Source of the DNA: Pseudomonadota bacterium
GTDB taxonomy: Bacteria > Pseudomonadota > Gammaproteobacteria > JAADHS01
Length of the DNA stretch: 64,000 nucleotides
NCBI GenBank assembly: GCA_021821045.1
Contig: JAKACW010000009.1
Location: forward strand, 1,109-65,108
Reading direction: 5' to 3'
This document shows positions 1-10,291 of this stretch, in pieces. The notes beneath the pieces were generated by a model. That model ran no database searches, was not told the DNA's origin, and saw nothing but the letters and a program-made list of their open reading frames with translations. Each line of letters begins with the position of its first letter. The stretch's first letter is position 1. The position numbers and the translations under genes were made by a program.

Positions 1-719
1 ACGCTGCTCTCTGATTGTTTGCCGTCGACGTAGAACGCGGCTTTCTGGTGCGGGTTCTCGCCGTAGCGCAGGGACTGCGCGCGATGCAGTTGCAGCGAAA
101 ACGTGCGCGGGAATTGATCCTTCGTGCCATCCCCGCGCAGCGCGCCAAGATAGTTGGCAATCGCGCCATCGTAGTTGGCTGTGTGTTCAAAGGTTTTCAC
201 GGCGAGATCGAAACGAGTTTTCGGCGATACCGCACCGCTGTGCTCGGCCATTTCAGCGAGGACGCGGGCGTAATCCCGCGGATCGACGACCACGGTTACG
301 CTGGCATGGTTTTTCGCCGCAGCGCGCAACATCGTCGGTCCGCCGATATCGATGTTTTCGATGGCACTTTCAAAGCTGCAATCGGGCTTTGCCACGGTTT
401 GCTCGAACGGGTAGAGGTTGACCACGACGAGATCGATTGGGTCGATGCCGTGCTGCGCCATCACCGCATCGTCAACACCCCGTCGGCCCAACAAGCCGCC
501 ATGGATTTTCGGATGCAGAGTCTTGATGCGCCCGTCCATCATTTCCGGGAAGCCGGTGTGCTGGGCGACTTCGGTTACTGCGATATTGTTTTGTTCCAGC
601 AGCTTGGCGGTGCCGCCGGTGGATAGAATCTTAACGCCGCGCTGCTGCAGGGCTTTGGCGAATTCGATGATGCCGGTTTTGTCGGAGACGCTGATCAACG
701 CGCGTTTAATGGGATGCAC
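1..719 (-). CDS. purH: Bifunctional AICAR transformylase/IMP cyclohydrolase PurH. N-terminal portion only; the 3' end runs off the window. Start is GTG at 719.
   Basis: Minus-strand translation from 719 reads [43 protein letters not shown]..., a canonical PurH N-terminus. An in-frame stop lies three codons upstream of the GTG. The + ORF 15..626 is the shadow of this gene. purH-fis-dusB synteny is as in Pseudomonas. Confidence 0.85.
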   Translation of the reverse strand, partial: MHPIKRALISVSDKTGIIEFAKALQQRGVKILSTGGTAKLLEQNNIAVTEVAQHTGFPEMMDGRIKTLHPKIHGGLLGRRGVDDAVMAQHGIDPIDLVVVNLYPFEQTVAKPDCSFESAIENIDIGGPTMLRAAAKNHASVTVVVDPRDYARVLAEMAEHSGAVSPKTRFDLAVKTFEHTANYDGAIANYLGALRGDGTKDQFPRTFSLQLHRAQSLRYGENPHQKAAFYVDGKQSESS

Positions 720-734
720 TACAGAACCTCAACT

Positions 735-915
735 TTGAATCGCGAAATGATTCGCTCCCACGGCGGATGGGTCGAGTGTTGTGGGAGCGGTTTCCTACGA
801 CGCACATGGATGTGCTAGTGTCGCGAAAGGCATGGATGCCGAAAGCGACCCGCGATTCTTCGCCTGACTCATCGCGGAATGATCCGCTCCCACATATCAG
901 CAAACGACTCCCACA
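735..915. repeat. REP cluster (3-4 palindromic units, both orientations) between purH and fis
   Basis: AATCGCGAAATGATTCGCTCCCAC (738-761), GTGGGAGCGGTTTCCTACGACGCAC (781-805), ATCGCGGAATGATCCGCTCCCAC (871-893), and a CTCCCAC fragment at ~908. Confidence 0.85.
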
Positions 916-922
916 AATCAAG

Positions 923-1237
923 TTACGTATTGACGTTGTGCTGGCCAAGCTTCTTGCGCAACGTGCTGCGGTTGATGCCGAGCAGTTCGGCGGCCCGCGT
1001 TTGGTTGCCGCGCGTATATTGCATGACAACTTCAAGCAGAGGTTTTTCCACCTCGTTTAACACCATTTGGTAAATGTCAGACGGCGCATGACCGTCGAGA
1101 TCGCGAAAATACAATTCCATTGATGTGCGAATACAAGTGCTCAGCGGCGACTTGCGACGTTCTTTAGTGATCTCGTTCGACATATGACGCGACAAAGATG
1201 TTGCTTCTTGTTCAGTTATGCCTTCCATGTCTTTCAA
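923..1237 (-). CDS. fis: DNA-binding protein Fis
   Basis: A 104-aa protein whose C-terminus (VMQYTRGNQTRAAELLGINRSTLRKKLGQH) is near-identical to the E. coli Fis HTH. It sits immediately downstream of dusB as in the dusB-fis operon. Confidence 0.95.
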   Translation of the reverse strand: MKDMEGITEQEATSLSRHMSNEITKERRKSPLSTCIRTSMELYFRDLDGHAPSDIYQMVLNEVEKPLLEVVMQYTRGNQTRAAELLGINRSTLRKKLGQHNVNT

Positions 1238-1422
1238 TGTCCATCCCTTGAAAATTAATGTTGACTACTAACCCGTACTGCTAAGGCGCGGAACTTCGTC
1301 GTCCCATCGCGCGTTCAGCGAATACAGCGCCTGCGGTGCTATACGCCTACGCCGCACCGACAATAACAAAGCAATTGTTTAGTATCCCCGACTTGCCCAG
1401 CGCCGCTTTTGGCGTTGTTCTC

Positions 1423-2409
1423 TCAAGCAGCGCGATCTAACTCTTCAATCAATCCGTCGAAAAACTGTTTGGTCGCCGCGAGCTGCTGAGAAACCGTTTC
1501 GACCTGGTTGATATGTTGGCGAAATGCTGCTCCGTGCGGCTGCCCCTTGCTGTACCACGAGATATGTTTTCTCGCCACGCGTACACCTGTGAAGTCGCCG
1601 TAGAACGCATACAAGTTTTCCAAATGACCAAGCAGAATATCGCGAATCTCGGCTAACGCAGGTGGGGGCAGATGTTGACCTGTTTTTAAGAAATGGTCAA
1701 CCTCACGAAAAATCCACGGACGCCCCTGCGCTGCGCGGCCAATCATGATCCCATCAACGTTTGTGTAATCCAATACGTACTTTGCCTTCTCCGGCGTTGT
1801 GATATCGCCATTGGCGATGATTGGAATTGAGACAGCGTTTTTTATTTCAGCGATCGTGTCGTATTCCGCATCGCCCAGGTATGCGCAGGCGCGCGTGCGG
1901 CCGTGCACCGCGAGTGCTTGTACGCCCGATTCTTGTGCAATGCGCGCAATGGTGACGCCGTTGCGGTTCGCTTTGTCCCAGCCTGTGCGAATTTTTAGTG
2001 TCACGGGAATGTCGACTGCGTTAACAACCGCTTCCAAAATCCGTGCCACAAGTTGTTCGTGTTTGAGCAACGCCGAGCCCGCCATGACGTTGCAAACTTT
2101 TTTTGCCGGACAGCCCATGTTGATGTCGATGATGTCGGCGCCGCTATCGGCGTTGACGCGCGCCGCTTCGGCCATCATCGCCGGATCGGCGCCCGCGATT
2201 TGCACCGAACGCGGCGTCGTCTCGCCGTCGTGATTGGCCCGACGTTGGGTCTTGGCGCTGCCCCACAACAGTGAATTGGAGGAGACCATCTCCGAGACCG
2301 CCATGCCGGCGCCCAGGTTCTTGCACAGTTGCCGGAACGGCCGATCGGTGACGCCCGCCATCGGCGCGAGAATCAAGGGGTTAGAAAGTTCGTAGGGTCC
2401 GATCTTCAT
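1423..2409 (-). CDS. dusB: tRNA-dihydrouridine synthase B (DusB). Start most likely the internal Met at 2409; the ORF track extends to 2460.
   Basis: MKIGPYELSNPLILAPMAGVTDRPFR matches the DusB N-terminus MRIGQY...APMAGITDRPFR. TIM-barrel FMN motifs are present, and it is co-directional with and immediately upstream of fis. Confidence 0.9.
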   Translation of the reverse strand: MKIGPYELSNPLILAPMAGVTDRPFRQLCKNLGAGMAVSEMVSSNSLLWGSAKTQRRANHDGETTPRSVQIAGADPAMMAEAARVNADSGADIIDINMGCPAKKVCNVMAGSALLKHEQLVARILEAVVNAVDIPVTLKIRTGWDKANRNGVTIARIAQESGVQALAVHGRTRACAYLGDAEYDTIAEIKNAVSIPIIANGDITTPEKAKYVLDYTNVDGIMIGRAAQGRPWIFREVDHFLKTGQHLPPPALAEIRDILLGHLENLYAFYGDFTGVRVARKHISWYSKGQPHGAAFRQHINQVETVSQQLAATKQFFDGLIEELDRAA

Positions 2410-2463
2410 GAGCAAAAACGTGTGTTCGGTGCGCGAAAAAGAGCGCCAATCATACCGCAACCC

Positions 2464-3702
2464 CTAGAGAAACGAAAACTCAAAACCATGGGCCTTCTGT
2501 TCCGCGTCCATGATCTCGAGCTTGACATCCACTTGCTGTTGCGGCGCGATGCCGACGTCCACATCGTCAGGGTTGGTCAAGTATTCGCTGGGTTCGAACT
2601 GGCGCGTCGCGACACGGTTGCCCCCCGCGTCCATCAGGTCGAGTCGCAGCACCGGGTAAGGTTGGCTGAACGGCGCGTCGTTGACGAAGGTTGCGCGCAC
2701 TTCGAGTGCATCGCGAATCTTTGGATGGACGCGAATGTCCCGGCTGACCAGTTTGATCAACGTAACGTTGCGCATGAGGGCGAGTTTGCAGCCGGCGAGT
2801 TCGCACATGCGTTCGAGCCAGGGGCGCAGAGGGGCATGGCGCGCCAGTTCATCGCGGGCGAAGTAGGCGATCTGGAACAAGATCGCGCTCACCAACACCA
2901 GTGTGGCGATGCCCCAGCCTAGCGTGGCCAGTGTATCGCCGCCGTCGTAACCGCCGCGCCGGCGATCGAGTTCGAAACGCGTGACCTGCTGCAGTTCGCG
3001 CCCAGCCAAATCAATGGAATCGAACAGATTGGGCAACTGCCCGCCGGGCTCTTCTTTCGGCATGGCCGGAATGGCATTGTCGAATCGCGGCATTGCCGGA
3101 GCGGCGGATCGAGACACGGGCGGCGGCTGCGGACTTGGCGCCGGTGCAGGGAGCGGGTTCGCCGGTTCAAAAATCGGCGGGCGTCGCGCCGGTTCGGGCG
3201 GCGGTGGAGTCGGTTGCTGCACCGGTCGTGCGCGCGGCTTGGGCGGCGGCGGTTCGTAGGCCGGCGGTGGCGGCGCGGCGGGCGGCGGCGTGCGCAATCC
3301 CGGCGTGTTGACGCGATTGACCGGCGGCAACGGTCGCGGCGGCGGCGGCGGTGTCGCGGTGGGAATGATGATGTGGCGCGCATTTACGCGAACGCCTTCG
3401 GCTGCGTATTCCTGCGCCAAGTCTTGCGGCAGTGACGGCGTGTCGAACGTCTCGGGAACAACCTGCGTTTCTACCGCCGGTTCGACTTCGTCTAGTGCGA
3501 CCGGCTCCCCGTCGACTTCCCACTCTTCGAATTCTTCTTCGTTTTCTTCATCGACCGTTTCGCTCGGCAGATCTTCGTACAACGCTTCGTAGGCATTGAA
3601 GGTGTTGTAGCAAAACCCGCAACGCACCTTGCCACCGACGAGTTCAAGTTGCTCCTCAGTGATGCGAAATAGAGTCTTACAATTACTGCATTGGGTGTAC
3701 AT
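2464..3702 (-). CDS. Zinc-ribbon (MJ0042-type CxxC...CxxC) / DUF3426-family protein with a long Pro-rich low-complexity linker
   Basis: N-terminus MYTQCSNCKTLFRITEEQLELVGGKVRCGFCYNTFNAY is a zinc ribbon. The middle ~110 aa is P/A-rich (TPPPPPRPLPP...PPPEPARRPP). The C-terminus has one TM plus a DUF3426-like domain. It sits between prmA and dusB, as does the equivalent hypothetical gene in Pseudomonas. Confidence 0.7.
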   Translation of the reverse strand: MYTQCSNCKTLFRITEEQLELVGGKVRCGFCYNTFNAYEALYEDLPSETVDEENEEEFEEWEVDGEPVALDEVEPAVETQVVPETFDTPSLPQDLAQEYAAEGVRVNARHIIIPTATPPPPPRPLPPVNRVNTPGLRTPPPAAPPPPAYEPPPPKPRARPVQQPTPPPPEPARRPPIFEPANPLPAPAPSPQPPPVSRSAAPAMPRFDNAIPAMPKEEPGGQLPNLFDSIDLAGRELQQVTRFELDRRRGGYDGGDTLATLGWGIATLVLVSAILFQIAYFARDELARHAPLRPWLERMCELAGCKLALMRNVTLIKLVSRDIRVHPKIRDALEVRATFVNDAPFSQPYPVLRLDLMDAGGNRVATRQFEPSEYLTNPDDVDVGIAPQQQVDVKLEIMDAEQKAHGFEFSFL

Positions 3703-3837
3703 CTAAACAGCCAAATGAATTCCGTCTTGGAATCAATATGTTAACGTCCGCGGGGCAAATTGGGCAGTCAGTGTAGACCTAATCTTAGAAAAAGCTCCAT
3801 CGCGACAGTTCCTATCGCGTATGGGGCGAAGGCGAAT

Positions 3838-4713
3838 CTAATGCGCCTGCACGCAGATCAGATGCCATTCGCCTTCGGTCGCTTCCTCTACCAATTGGGT
3901 CAATGGTTCGTAGGCGCCCAGTACGCGCTGACTTTGACTGGTAAGCAAGCCTGCCAGAACAATTTTCCCCCCCGGCTTCACCAATGTAGCGAACCGAGGT
4001 GCCAATTCAATTAGCGGCTCCGCCAGAATGTTGGCCAATATGAGATCCGCTGTTTTTTCAGGGAGTTGGGTGGGGGCGACGCACTTGATCTGGGCGCCGA
4101 CGCCGTTCTTGTTGGCGTTGTCGGTGGTGGCGAGGATGGCTTGGTGGTCGTGGTCGACAGCGTAGACGATTTTGGCCCCCAGCTTCGCGGCCGCGATGGC
4201 AAGAATCCCGGAACCGCAGCCGTAGTCGATAACTGTTTGATTGGAAAGGTCTTGTGTGGCAAGCCAGCGCAACATCAGCGCCGTTGACGCGTGGGTGCCC
4301 GTGCCGAAAGCCAGGCCCGGGTCGAGCAGGATATTCAAGCCGTTCGGATCGGGCGGAGGCAGCCACGACGGGCAGACCCACAGCCGGCCGCCGAAATGCA
4401 GCGGTTTGAAATCGTCCATCCACTTGCGGACCCAGTCCTGCTCGGGCAATTCCGTGATCTCGTAGCTGAACCCCCCGGGGAAGCTGGCCTGCATTGCGGC
4501 GGTGACCGCGGCGAGATCCACATCGGGTTCGAACAAGCCCACGACGCGGGTATGGGACCACAGCGGCGTGGTGCCGGGGGGAGGCTCGAGAATAGGATTG
4601 TCAGCGGCGTCCTCGAAGGTGACCGACAGCGCGCCGACGCGGGTGAGCGCCTCGGCCAGGGCGTCGGCGTCGGCGCTGGACGCGGAAAGTTTGAGTTGCT
4701 GCCAGTGACTCAC
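3838..4713 (-). CDS. prmA: Ribosomal protein L11 methyltransferase PrmA
   Basis: Full-length alignment to E. coli PrmA in pattern (WxQLKL N-terminus; FxxxRLWVCPSW; LDPGLAFGTGTHASTALMLRWL; IDYGCGSGILAIAAAKLGA). It follows accBC as in enterics and Pseudomonas. Confidence 0.92.
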   Translation of the reverse strand: MSHWQQLKLSASSADADALAEALTRVGALSVTFEDAADNPILEPPPGTTPLWSHTRVVGLFEPDVDLAAVTAAMQASFPGGFSYEITELPEQDWVRKWMDDFKPLHFGGRLWVCPSWLPPPDPNGLNILLDPGLAFGTGTHASTALMLRWLATQDLSNQTVIDYGCGSGILAIAAAKLGAKIVYAVDHDHQAILATTDNANKNGVGAQIKCVAPTQLPEKTADLILANILAEPLIELAPRFATLVKPGGKIVLAGLLTSQSQRVLGAYEPLTQLVEEATEGEWHLICVQAH

Positions 4714-4749
4714 GAAGCAGGCGATGGGAAGCGGCGCTTGAGCGGTGAG

Positions 4750-6096
4750 CTACTTGCGCTTTTTCAGCATCTTCTCCAAGTAGTGAATGTTGGTGCCGCC
4801 GCTTTGAAATCCGCTGTCGCGCAACAAGCGTTGGTGCAGCGGAATGTTGGTTTTGATGCCATCGACGAGCACTTCGTCCAGCGCGGTGCGCATGCGCGCC
4901 ATGGCCACCGCGCGATTTTCGCCGTGGACAATGAGCTTGCCGATCATGGAGTCGTAATTGGGCGGGACCATGTAACCGTCGTACAAGTGAGAATCGACGC
5001 GCACGCCGGGGCCGCCGGGCGGATGGAAGCGGGTTACCCGACCGGGGCAGGGCATGAACGTTTCCGGATCCTCGGCGTTGATACGGCATTCGATGGCGTG
5101 TCCACGCATCACAATGTCCGACTGCTTGTATGAAATCGGCTCGCCCGCCGCGATGAGCAATTGTTGTTTCACCAGATCGACACCGGTGACCATTTCCGTC
5201 ACGGGATGCTCGACTTGGATACGGGTGTTCATCTCGATGAAATAGAACTCGCCGTTTTCATACAGAAATTCGAACGTGCCGGCGCCGCGATAGCCGATCT
5301 CCAGGCATGCGTCGGCGCAAACCTTGCCCATACGCTGACGCACTTCCTCGTCGATGCCGGGCCCTGGCGATTCTTCGATGACCTTCTGGTGCCGCCGCTG
5401 CATGGAACAATCGCGCTCGCCCAGGTGAATGGCGTTGCCCAGATCATCGGCGAGCACCTGAAACTCGATGTGGCGCGGGTTTTCGAGAAACTTTTCCATG
5501 TAGACCGTGCTGTCGCCGAAAGCCGCCAGCGCTTCGGATCGGGTCAGCGAAATGGCATTGGGCAGCGCCGCTTCGCTGTGCACCACGCGCATGCCGCGCC
5601 CGCCGCCGCCACCCGCCGCCTTGATGATGACGGGGTAGCCGATCTGGCGCGCGACCGCGAGGTTGTCGTCTTCGTTCTCCCCCAGCGGGCCGCCGGAACC
5701 GGGCACGCAGGGCACGCCGGCTCGCTTCATCGCGTCGATGGCGGATATCTTGTCGCCCATGAGGCGAATGGTCTCGGGACGCGGCCCAATGAAGACGAAC
5801 CCGCTTTGTTCCACGCGCTCGGCAAAGTCGGCGTTCTCCGACAGAAAGCCGTAACCGGGATGAATCGCCACCGCGTCGGTGACTTCGGCGGCGCTGATAA
5901 TCGCCGGAATATTGAGATAACTTTGGTTCGAGGGCGCGGGGCCGATGCACACCGATTCGTCGGCCAGGCGGACATGTTTCAGGTCGCGATCGACGGTGGA
6001 GTGAACGGCGACGGTGCGAATGCCCATTTCCTTGCAGGCACGCAAGATGCGCAGGGCGATTTCCCCTCGGTTGGCTATGACGACTTTATCCAGCAT
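4750..6096 (-). CDS. accC: Acetyl-CoA carboxylase biotin carboxylase subunit AccC
   Basis: 448 aa. ATP-grasp motifs are present ([26 protein letters not shown]..., [24 protein letters not shown]). Confidence 0.97.
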   Translation of the reverse strand: MLDKVVIANRGEIALRILRACKEMGIRTVAVHSTVDRDLKHVRLADESVCIGPAPSNQSYLNIPAIISAAEVTDAVAIHPGYGFLSENADFAERVEQSGFVFIGPRPETIRLMGDKISAIDAMKRAGVPCVPGSGGPLGENEDDNLAVARQIGYPVIIKAAGGGGGRGMRVVHSEAALPNAISLTRSEALAAFGDSTVYMEKFLENPRHIEFQVLADDLGNAIHLGERDCSMQRRHQKVIEESPGPGIDEEVRQRMGKVCADACLEIGYRGAGTFEFLYENGEFYFIEMNTRIQVEHPVTEMVTGVDLVKQQLLIAAGEPISYKQSDIVMRGHAIECRINAEDPETFMPCPGRVTRFHPPGGPGVRVDSHLYDGYMVPPNYDSMIGKLIVHGENRAVAMARMRTALDEVLVDGIKTNIPLHQRLLRDSGFQSGGTNIHYLEKMLKKRK

Positions 6097-6131
6097 GATT
6101 GTAATTTAAACTTGTGAGTTGTTGCTCGGTT

Positions 6132-6599
6132 CTACTTGATGACGAACAATGGTTGGCCGTATTCGACCGGCTGCCCGTTTTCCGCCAAGATGGCCGCGAT
6201 TGTCCCATCCTTGTCCGATTCGATCTGGTTGAGCATCTTCATGGCTTCGATGATGCACAAGGTGTCGCCTTGGCGCACCGACTGCCCTACCTCGACGAAT
6301 GACTTCGCCCCGGGAGATGGGGCCCGATAGAATGTTCCGACCATCGGTGCGGTGACGTGGTGACCCTTGGGAATCGTGTCCTCCGCCGGGGCGGCCGCGC
6401 CTGCTGCGGTAGCGACGGGCGCCGCGGCCGGCATCGGCGGCGGCATCATGGGCATTGGCATATGGGCGGGGAGGTAGGAGGCGACAGCAGTCTGGCCTCG
6501 GCTGATTCTGACCGACTCCTCGCCTTCACGAATCTCCAGTTCGGAGATGTTTGATTCTTCCAGCAGTTCGATGAGCTTTTTGACTTTGCGTATGTCCAT
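6132..6599 (-). CDS. accB: Biotin carboxyl carrier protein AccB
   Basis: [23 protein letters not shown] at the N-terminus, a Pro/Ala hinge, and a C-terminal biotinyl domain with [12 protein letters not shown] (biotinylated Lys in AMKM). Confidence 0.96.
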   Translation of the reverse strand: MDIRKVKKLIELLEESNISELEIREGEESVRISRGQTAVASYLPAHMPMPMMPPPMPAAAPVATAAGAAAPAEDTIPKGHHVTAPMVGTFYRAPSPGAKSFVEVGQSVRQGDTLCIIEAMKMLNQIESDKDGTIAAILAENGQPVEYGQPLFVIK

Positions 6600-6656
6600 G
6601 GTGTTTCACGTTCCGTAAGTTTTGCTTTGTTCGATTTGCCGCGTTGCGGTCAAGCC

Positions 6657-7118
6657 TCAAGGTTTGCTTGGCGCTCCCCCTTGTTGCAGGCGATCGACCG
6701 CGGCCAGCAGGGCCAACTCATAGCCTTTGGCGCCAAGTCCCGAAATCTGCCCCTGCGCAATGTCCGCGAAATAGGAGTGGCGGCGAAACGCCTCGCGGCC
6801 GTGCACATTGGAGAGGTGAACCTCGATGAACGGGATGCCAACCGCCAATAGAGCGTCCCGCAGGGCGACCGACGTATGCGTGAAGCCGGCGGGATTGAAG
6901 ATGATGTAGGCTATCTTTTCCGAGCCGGCCTGATGAATTCGGTCGATTAATGCGTGTTCGGCGTTGCTTTGGAACCATGCCAGTTGCATTCCCAGTTGCC
7001 CCGCAACGGCACGCAGCCGCTGCTCGATATCCGCCAGGCGAACGTTGCCGTACACCTGTGGCTCGCGGGTGCCGAGCAGGTTGAGGTTGGGGCCGTTTAG
7101 AACCAGGATGGTCGGCAT
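6657..7118 (-). CDS. aroQ: Type II 3-dehydroquinate dehydratase AroQ
   Basis: [24 protein letters not shown]...[17 protein letters not shown]...[15 protein letters not shown] carries the type II DHQase signature. The aroQ-accB-accC arrangement is conserved. Confidence 0.95.
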   Translation of the reverse strand: MPTILVLNGPNLNLLGTREPQVYGNVRLADIEQRLRAVAGQLGMQLAWFQSNAEHALIDRIHQAGSEKIAYIIFNPAGFTHTSVALRDALLAVGIPFIEVHLSNVHGREAFRRHSYFADIAQGQISGLGAKGYELALLAAVDRLQQGGAPSKP

Positions 7119-7351
7119 GGGCTAAATCGCGTCCTTTTTGCTCTCGTTCGCCGCAAGTTGGCCGCCAAATTTTTGATCGGACGGCCCGCGGGATGCCTGT
7201 TCGGCGCTCCTTGTGTGGCGCCGTCCGGTTGGCTGACCGTAACAGCGAAGCTGAGCGGGATTCTAGCCGCGATTTCGCCGAGATCCAAGCGCTTTTCGCG
7301 ACGTTCGCCGCAAAATTTCCTCCGGGCGGGGTTTTGGCGGTGGCGGGCGGT

Positions 7352-7966
7352 TTAGAGCAGTTTTAGCAGGGCATTTTCGGCGACGGTTTCGCTCAAGCCA
7401 CCGGCGGCGATGGAGGCGATTCCCCCATCGCGATTGACGAATACCGTGTACGGCAGCACGCCGTCCACGTTGCCGTATTGCTTGGCCAGCGGAATCCCGT
7501 CGTCATCGCCGATCAGCACCGGATAGTCGATGGGGATAATCTTCATGAAGCGTTCCACGGCTTTGGCATCGTCGAGGGCGATACCGATGAACTGCACGCC
7601 CTGATCGCCATACTTTTTTTGCAGCTCATTGAAGGCCGGAATTTCCTTGCGGCACGGGGCACACCAGGTGGCCCAAAAATTAACGACTACCACCTTGCCG
7701 TCCCATTCGCCCGCGGTGCGGGTGTTGCCTTCCAGGTCCGGCAGGCTGAAGTCGGGGCGCAGTCGTTTGAGGAAGCTACTGCTGCCCGAAGCGGTCGATG
7801 CCACCTTGACTATCCCATTGCCACCGGTTGCGGCCTCGCTTGTTGGGGCATCGGCGAAGATCGGTTCGACTGACGTCGCTTGAAACTGTTTGCTCAACAG
7901 GTTGCCGCCGACCATGCCGACGATGAACAGGATGACAGCGATGATGAGAACCCGTTGTTGCGACAT
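7352..7966 (-). CDS. Membrane-anchored TlpA/ResA-like thiol:disulfide oxidoreductase (thioredoxin fold)
   Basis: An N-terminal TM helix is followed by a thioredoxin domain with FWATWCAPCRKEIP (WCxxC active site). It lies immediately downstream of dsbD. Confidence 0.85.
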   Translation of the reverse strand: MSQQRVLIIAVILFIVGMVGGNLLSKQFQATSVEPIFADAPTSEAATGGNGIVKVASTASGSSSFLKRLRPDFSLPDLEGNTRTAGEWDGKVVVVNFWATWCAPCRKEIPAFNELQKKYGDQGVQFIGIALDDAKAVERFMKIIPIDYPVLIGDDDGIPLAKQYGNVDGVLPYTVFVNRDGGIASIAAGGLSETVAENALLKLL

Positions 7967-7984
7967 ATACCGTCCTTGTACTGG

Positions 7985-10288
7985 CTAGAGTGCGACAGAC
8001 GGGTGCAGCGCGCCGTCGATCACCTGTTTGAACTGCTCCGGTTTCATGAATCCGACCACGCGGTATTCTTTCCTTTCCGCGCCTTGTCCGTCAAAAAATA
8101 GTATGGCCGGCGGACCGAAGATACCGAACTGTTTCAGCAGCGCCTGATCGTCATCGTCGTTGAGCGTGACATCCGCCTGCAATAGGATCGCGTCGCCCAA
8201 TGCCGCCTGCACGGAGGCATCGCTGAAGGTGTATTTTTCCATCTCTTTGCAGGAGACGCACCAATCCGCATAGAAATCCAACATCACAGACCGGTTTTGC
8301 GCCGCCGCCGCCGCGAGTTCGGCTTTGACGCCGGACCAGCCTTTAACCTTGCGGAATTCGAGTTCGTGGGTGGCGCTGACGCCGGTTGGGCCGACACTGG
8401 CGAATACGCCGCGCAACGGTTGCAGCGCGTCCTTGCCGCCGCCGGAGGCGCCGACGATCAACAGCACGCCATACAGGAGCGACACCACGCCCATGCCTTG
8501 CCAAAACTGCCGCCAGCCGGTGGCATCGACATCGAGGCGGCGCAGCGCGCCCAGGTAGACGCCGCTGACGATAGCTAGCACACCCCACAACAGCAGTGTG
8601 ATCGACGCCGGCAGAATCCGCTCCAGCATCCAAATCGCCAACCCGAGCAGCATGACGCCGAACACGGCTTTCACGGTGTTCATCCAGCCGCCAACCCGCG
8701 GCAGCAATTTGCCCGCCGACGTGCCGATCAGCAGCAGCGGGGTGCCCATGCCCAGGCTCAGCGCGAACAGCGCCATGCCGCCGAACACGGCGTCGCCGCT
8801 TTGACTGATGTAAATGAGCGCGCCGGCCAAGGGTGCGGCGACACAGGGGCCGACGATGAGCGCCGATAGCAGACCCATAATGGCGACGCCGATATACGTT
8901 CCGCCTTGCTGTTTGTTGCTGATTTCCGAAAGTTTGCTTTGCAGCGCGGCGGGCAACTGTAAGTTGTAGAAGCCGAACATCGACATGGCCAGGGCGACGA
9001 AAATCGCGGCGAAGCTCGCAACCAGCCACGGCTCCTGAAACAGCGCTTGGAGATTTTGGCCGGTCATCCCCGCGATGACCCCGGCAATGGTGTATGTCAA
9101 CGCCATTGGCAGAACGTAAATGAGCGATAAAGTGAACGCTTTGCGGGTGGACAGCCCCGCGCCCTGGCCGACGATGATGCTGGACAGGATCGGCACCATG
9201 GGGAAGATGCAGGGCGTAAATGCCAAGAGCAGTCCTAGTCCGAAAAATGCCGCCAGCGTGCCAAAGCTCGCGCCGCCGGCCAGCGTGGCGGCGTAGCGGT
9301 CTTGCTCGCTGACGTAGTCGCCCGGAGCTTCCGTCGGCGGTTGTGAGGTCGGCGGCGTGCTTGCCATGGCCAAGCGCAGCGGTACGTCGGTTTTGGTTGG
9401 GGGATAACAGAAACCGGCTTCGGCGCAGCCCTGATAACGGGCTTCGAGAATGATCTCCTGGGCCGCGGTATTGGCGCGCTGCATGGGCAAGCGAATCTCG
9501 ACCCGGTTGTGGTAGACCTCCATGCGCCCAAAGGACTCATCTTCCTTGAATTCGCCGGCCGGGCTCTGGTGCGGCAGCAGCGTGACGCCGTCGCCGCTTT
9601 TCAACGCGAAGCCGAATTTCTCGCGGTAGAGGTAATAGCCATCGGCGATGTCCCAGCGCAGTACGGCGGTGTACGGGTCGACGGCGTCGGCTGATAGAAC
9701 GAACGCGCGCTCGACGGGCAGAAACTCGCCTTGGGTGCCGCCGCCGAACTTATTGCGCAGGCTGCTGCCCAGGCGCGAGAACAAGCCCGGTTCTGCGCTT
9801 GGCGCAGGCTCCGACATGGCGACCGGCAGCGCGACGCTTACGGTTTGTTTGTGCGGCGGATAGCACACGCCCACATCGGCGCAGCCTTGGGATCCGGCGA
9901 TGATCTCGACCTCGTCGGGCAGTGCGCCGGCGACCGATTTGACCGGCACCGTGACGGATACGGCTTGACGATAGGTCTCGACGTCGCCGAAAAACTCGTC
10001 CACCTTGGGTTTGCCGGGCGGGATATCCGCAGTGCCCAGTTCGACGTTGGGCGTGGACGTGGAGAAATTGAAGCGGTGCTTATAGAGAAAATAACCTTCG
10101 GCAACAGTCCACGTGATGCGAATCGCGTCGGGGCCGGCGGCTTCGGCGGAGATCTTGAAGGCGTCGTCGACGCGCAGCAATTCATCTGGATCGACCGCGA
10201 AGGCGCGGGGAATGCCGAGCGTACCCAGCAATGCCAGAGCAAGTGCGATCCGTGCCGTATGATTTTTGACGCGTGGTTTTAAATGCAT
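7985..10288 (-). CDS. dsbD: Thiol:disulfide interchange protein DsbD (DipZ) with a tandemly duplicated N-terminal alpha domain
   Basis: 767 aa. It has a signal peptide, then two copies of the nDsbD catalytic motif (SQGCADVGVCYPPHKQTV and YQGCAEAGFCYPPTKTDVPL). Next is the polytopic beta domain (FTPCIFPMVPIL ... GPCVAAPLAG), then a C-terminal thioredoxin gamma domain (YADWCVSCKEME). A standard DsbD is ~590 aa with one alpha domain. Confidence 0.9.
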   Translation of the reverse strand: MHLKPRVKNHTARIALALALLGTLGIPRAFAVDPDELLRVDDAFKISAEAAGPDAIRITWTVAEGYFLYKHRFNFSTSTPNVELGTADIPPGKPKVDEFFGDVETYRQAVSVTVPVKSVAGALPDEVEIIAGSQGCADVGVCYPPHKQTVSVALPVAMSEPAPSAEPGLFSRLGSSLRNKFGGGTQGEFLPVERAFVLSADAVDPYTAVLRWDIADGYYLYREKFGFALKSGDGVTLLPHQSPAGEFKEDESFGRMEVYHNRVEIRLPMQRANTAAQEIILEARYQGCAEAGFCYPPTKTDVPLRLAMASTPPTSQPPTEAPGDYVSEQDRYAATLAGGASFGTLAAFFGLGLLLAFTPCIFPMVPILSSIIVGQGAGLSTRKAFTLSLIYVLPMALTYTIAGVIAGMTGQNLQALFQEPWLVASFAAIFVALAMSMFGFYNLQLPAALQSKLSEISNKQQGGTYIGVAIMGLLSALIVGPCVAAPLAGALIYISQSGDAVFGGMALFALSLGMGTPLLLIGTSAGKLLPRVGGWMNTVKAVFGVMLLGLAIWMLERILPASITLLLWGVLAIVSGVYLGALRRLDVDATGWRQFWQGMGVVSLLYGVLLIVGASGGGKDALQPLRGVFASVGPTGVSATHELEFRKVKGWSGVKAELAAAAAQNRSVMLDFYADWCVSCKEMEKYTFSDASVQAALGDAILLQADVTLNDDDDQALLKQFGIFGPPAILFFDGQGAERKEYRVVGFMKPEQFKQVIDGALHPSVAL

Positions 10289-10291
10289 GAT

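Noticed and set aside
15-626. 203-aa + strand ORF at the window start
   Set aside because: Its reverse strand encodes an unmistakable PurH N-terminus. The + ORF is a high-GC shadow with no motif.
2053-2326. Small ORFs inside dusB, and similar 60-100 aa ORFs nested in other genes
   Set aside because: They are nested within or antisense to confidently called genes and have no independent support.
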